A stretch of 64,000 nt of DNA from Octopus sinensis. Taxonomy: Eukaryota. The stretch's first letter is position 1; the number at the start of each line of letters is the position of its first letter. The DNA lies in the NCBI RefSeq assembly GCF_006345805.1, contig NW_021833028.1:1-64000 (forward strand). Direction: 5' to 3'. The notes beneath the pieces were generated by a model. That model was not told the origin of the DNA. It was given only the letters and a program-made list of their open reading frames with translations, and ran no database searches. Of this stretch, positions 63,991 through 64,000 are shown in pieces. The position numbers and the translations under genes are program-made.

Positions 63991-64000
63991 ATTATAAAAA

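Noticed and set aside
1-64000. rRNA, tRNA or telomeric repeat arrays
   Set aside because: No conserved rRNA segments, cloverleafs or tandem telomeric tracts were seen by eye; a tRNAscan/Infernal run would be decisive.

Overview
This is eukaryotic (metazoan) nuclear DNA, AT-rich overall. Compact islands of host genes are split by very short spliceosomal introns (mostly 21-28 nt), and these islands alternate with stretches made mostly of transposable-element remnants. The ORF track fragments nearly every gene, so I reconstructed the genes by hand across GT-AG micro-introns. Recognisable genes: an NWD-like NACHT/WD40 protein, PTDSS2, an LC3/ATG8 protein, a bZIP factor, V-ATPase subunit d, an NK2 homeobox gene, FIG4, DPH1, NTHL1, O-GlcNAcase, RFWD3, a small RING protein, ABHD17, an AltMiD51-like LYR protein, CFAP90 (C5orf49), SET/NAP, a TEX55-like D/D protein and a Rab35-like GTPase. 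Mobile elements: R4/Dong-like and CRE-like REL retrotransposons, RTE- and Jockey-like LINEs, and Tc1, pogo/Tigger, Merlin and hAT DNA transposons, several of them nested with target-site duplications (TSDs) that can be read directly. Micro-introns plus cilium-associated genes point (inference) to a dicyemid-type mesozoan rather than a myxozoan. The most notable observations are a 5'-inverted CRE-like retroelement with a 12-bp TSD (twin-priming architecture), an apparent GT-TG micro-intron in SET, and many stop-free 3n micro-introns. I found no rRNA, tRNA or CRISPR. All family calls are from motif recognition; no database searches were run.
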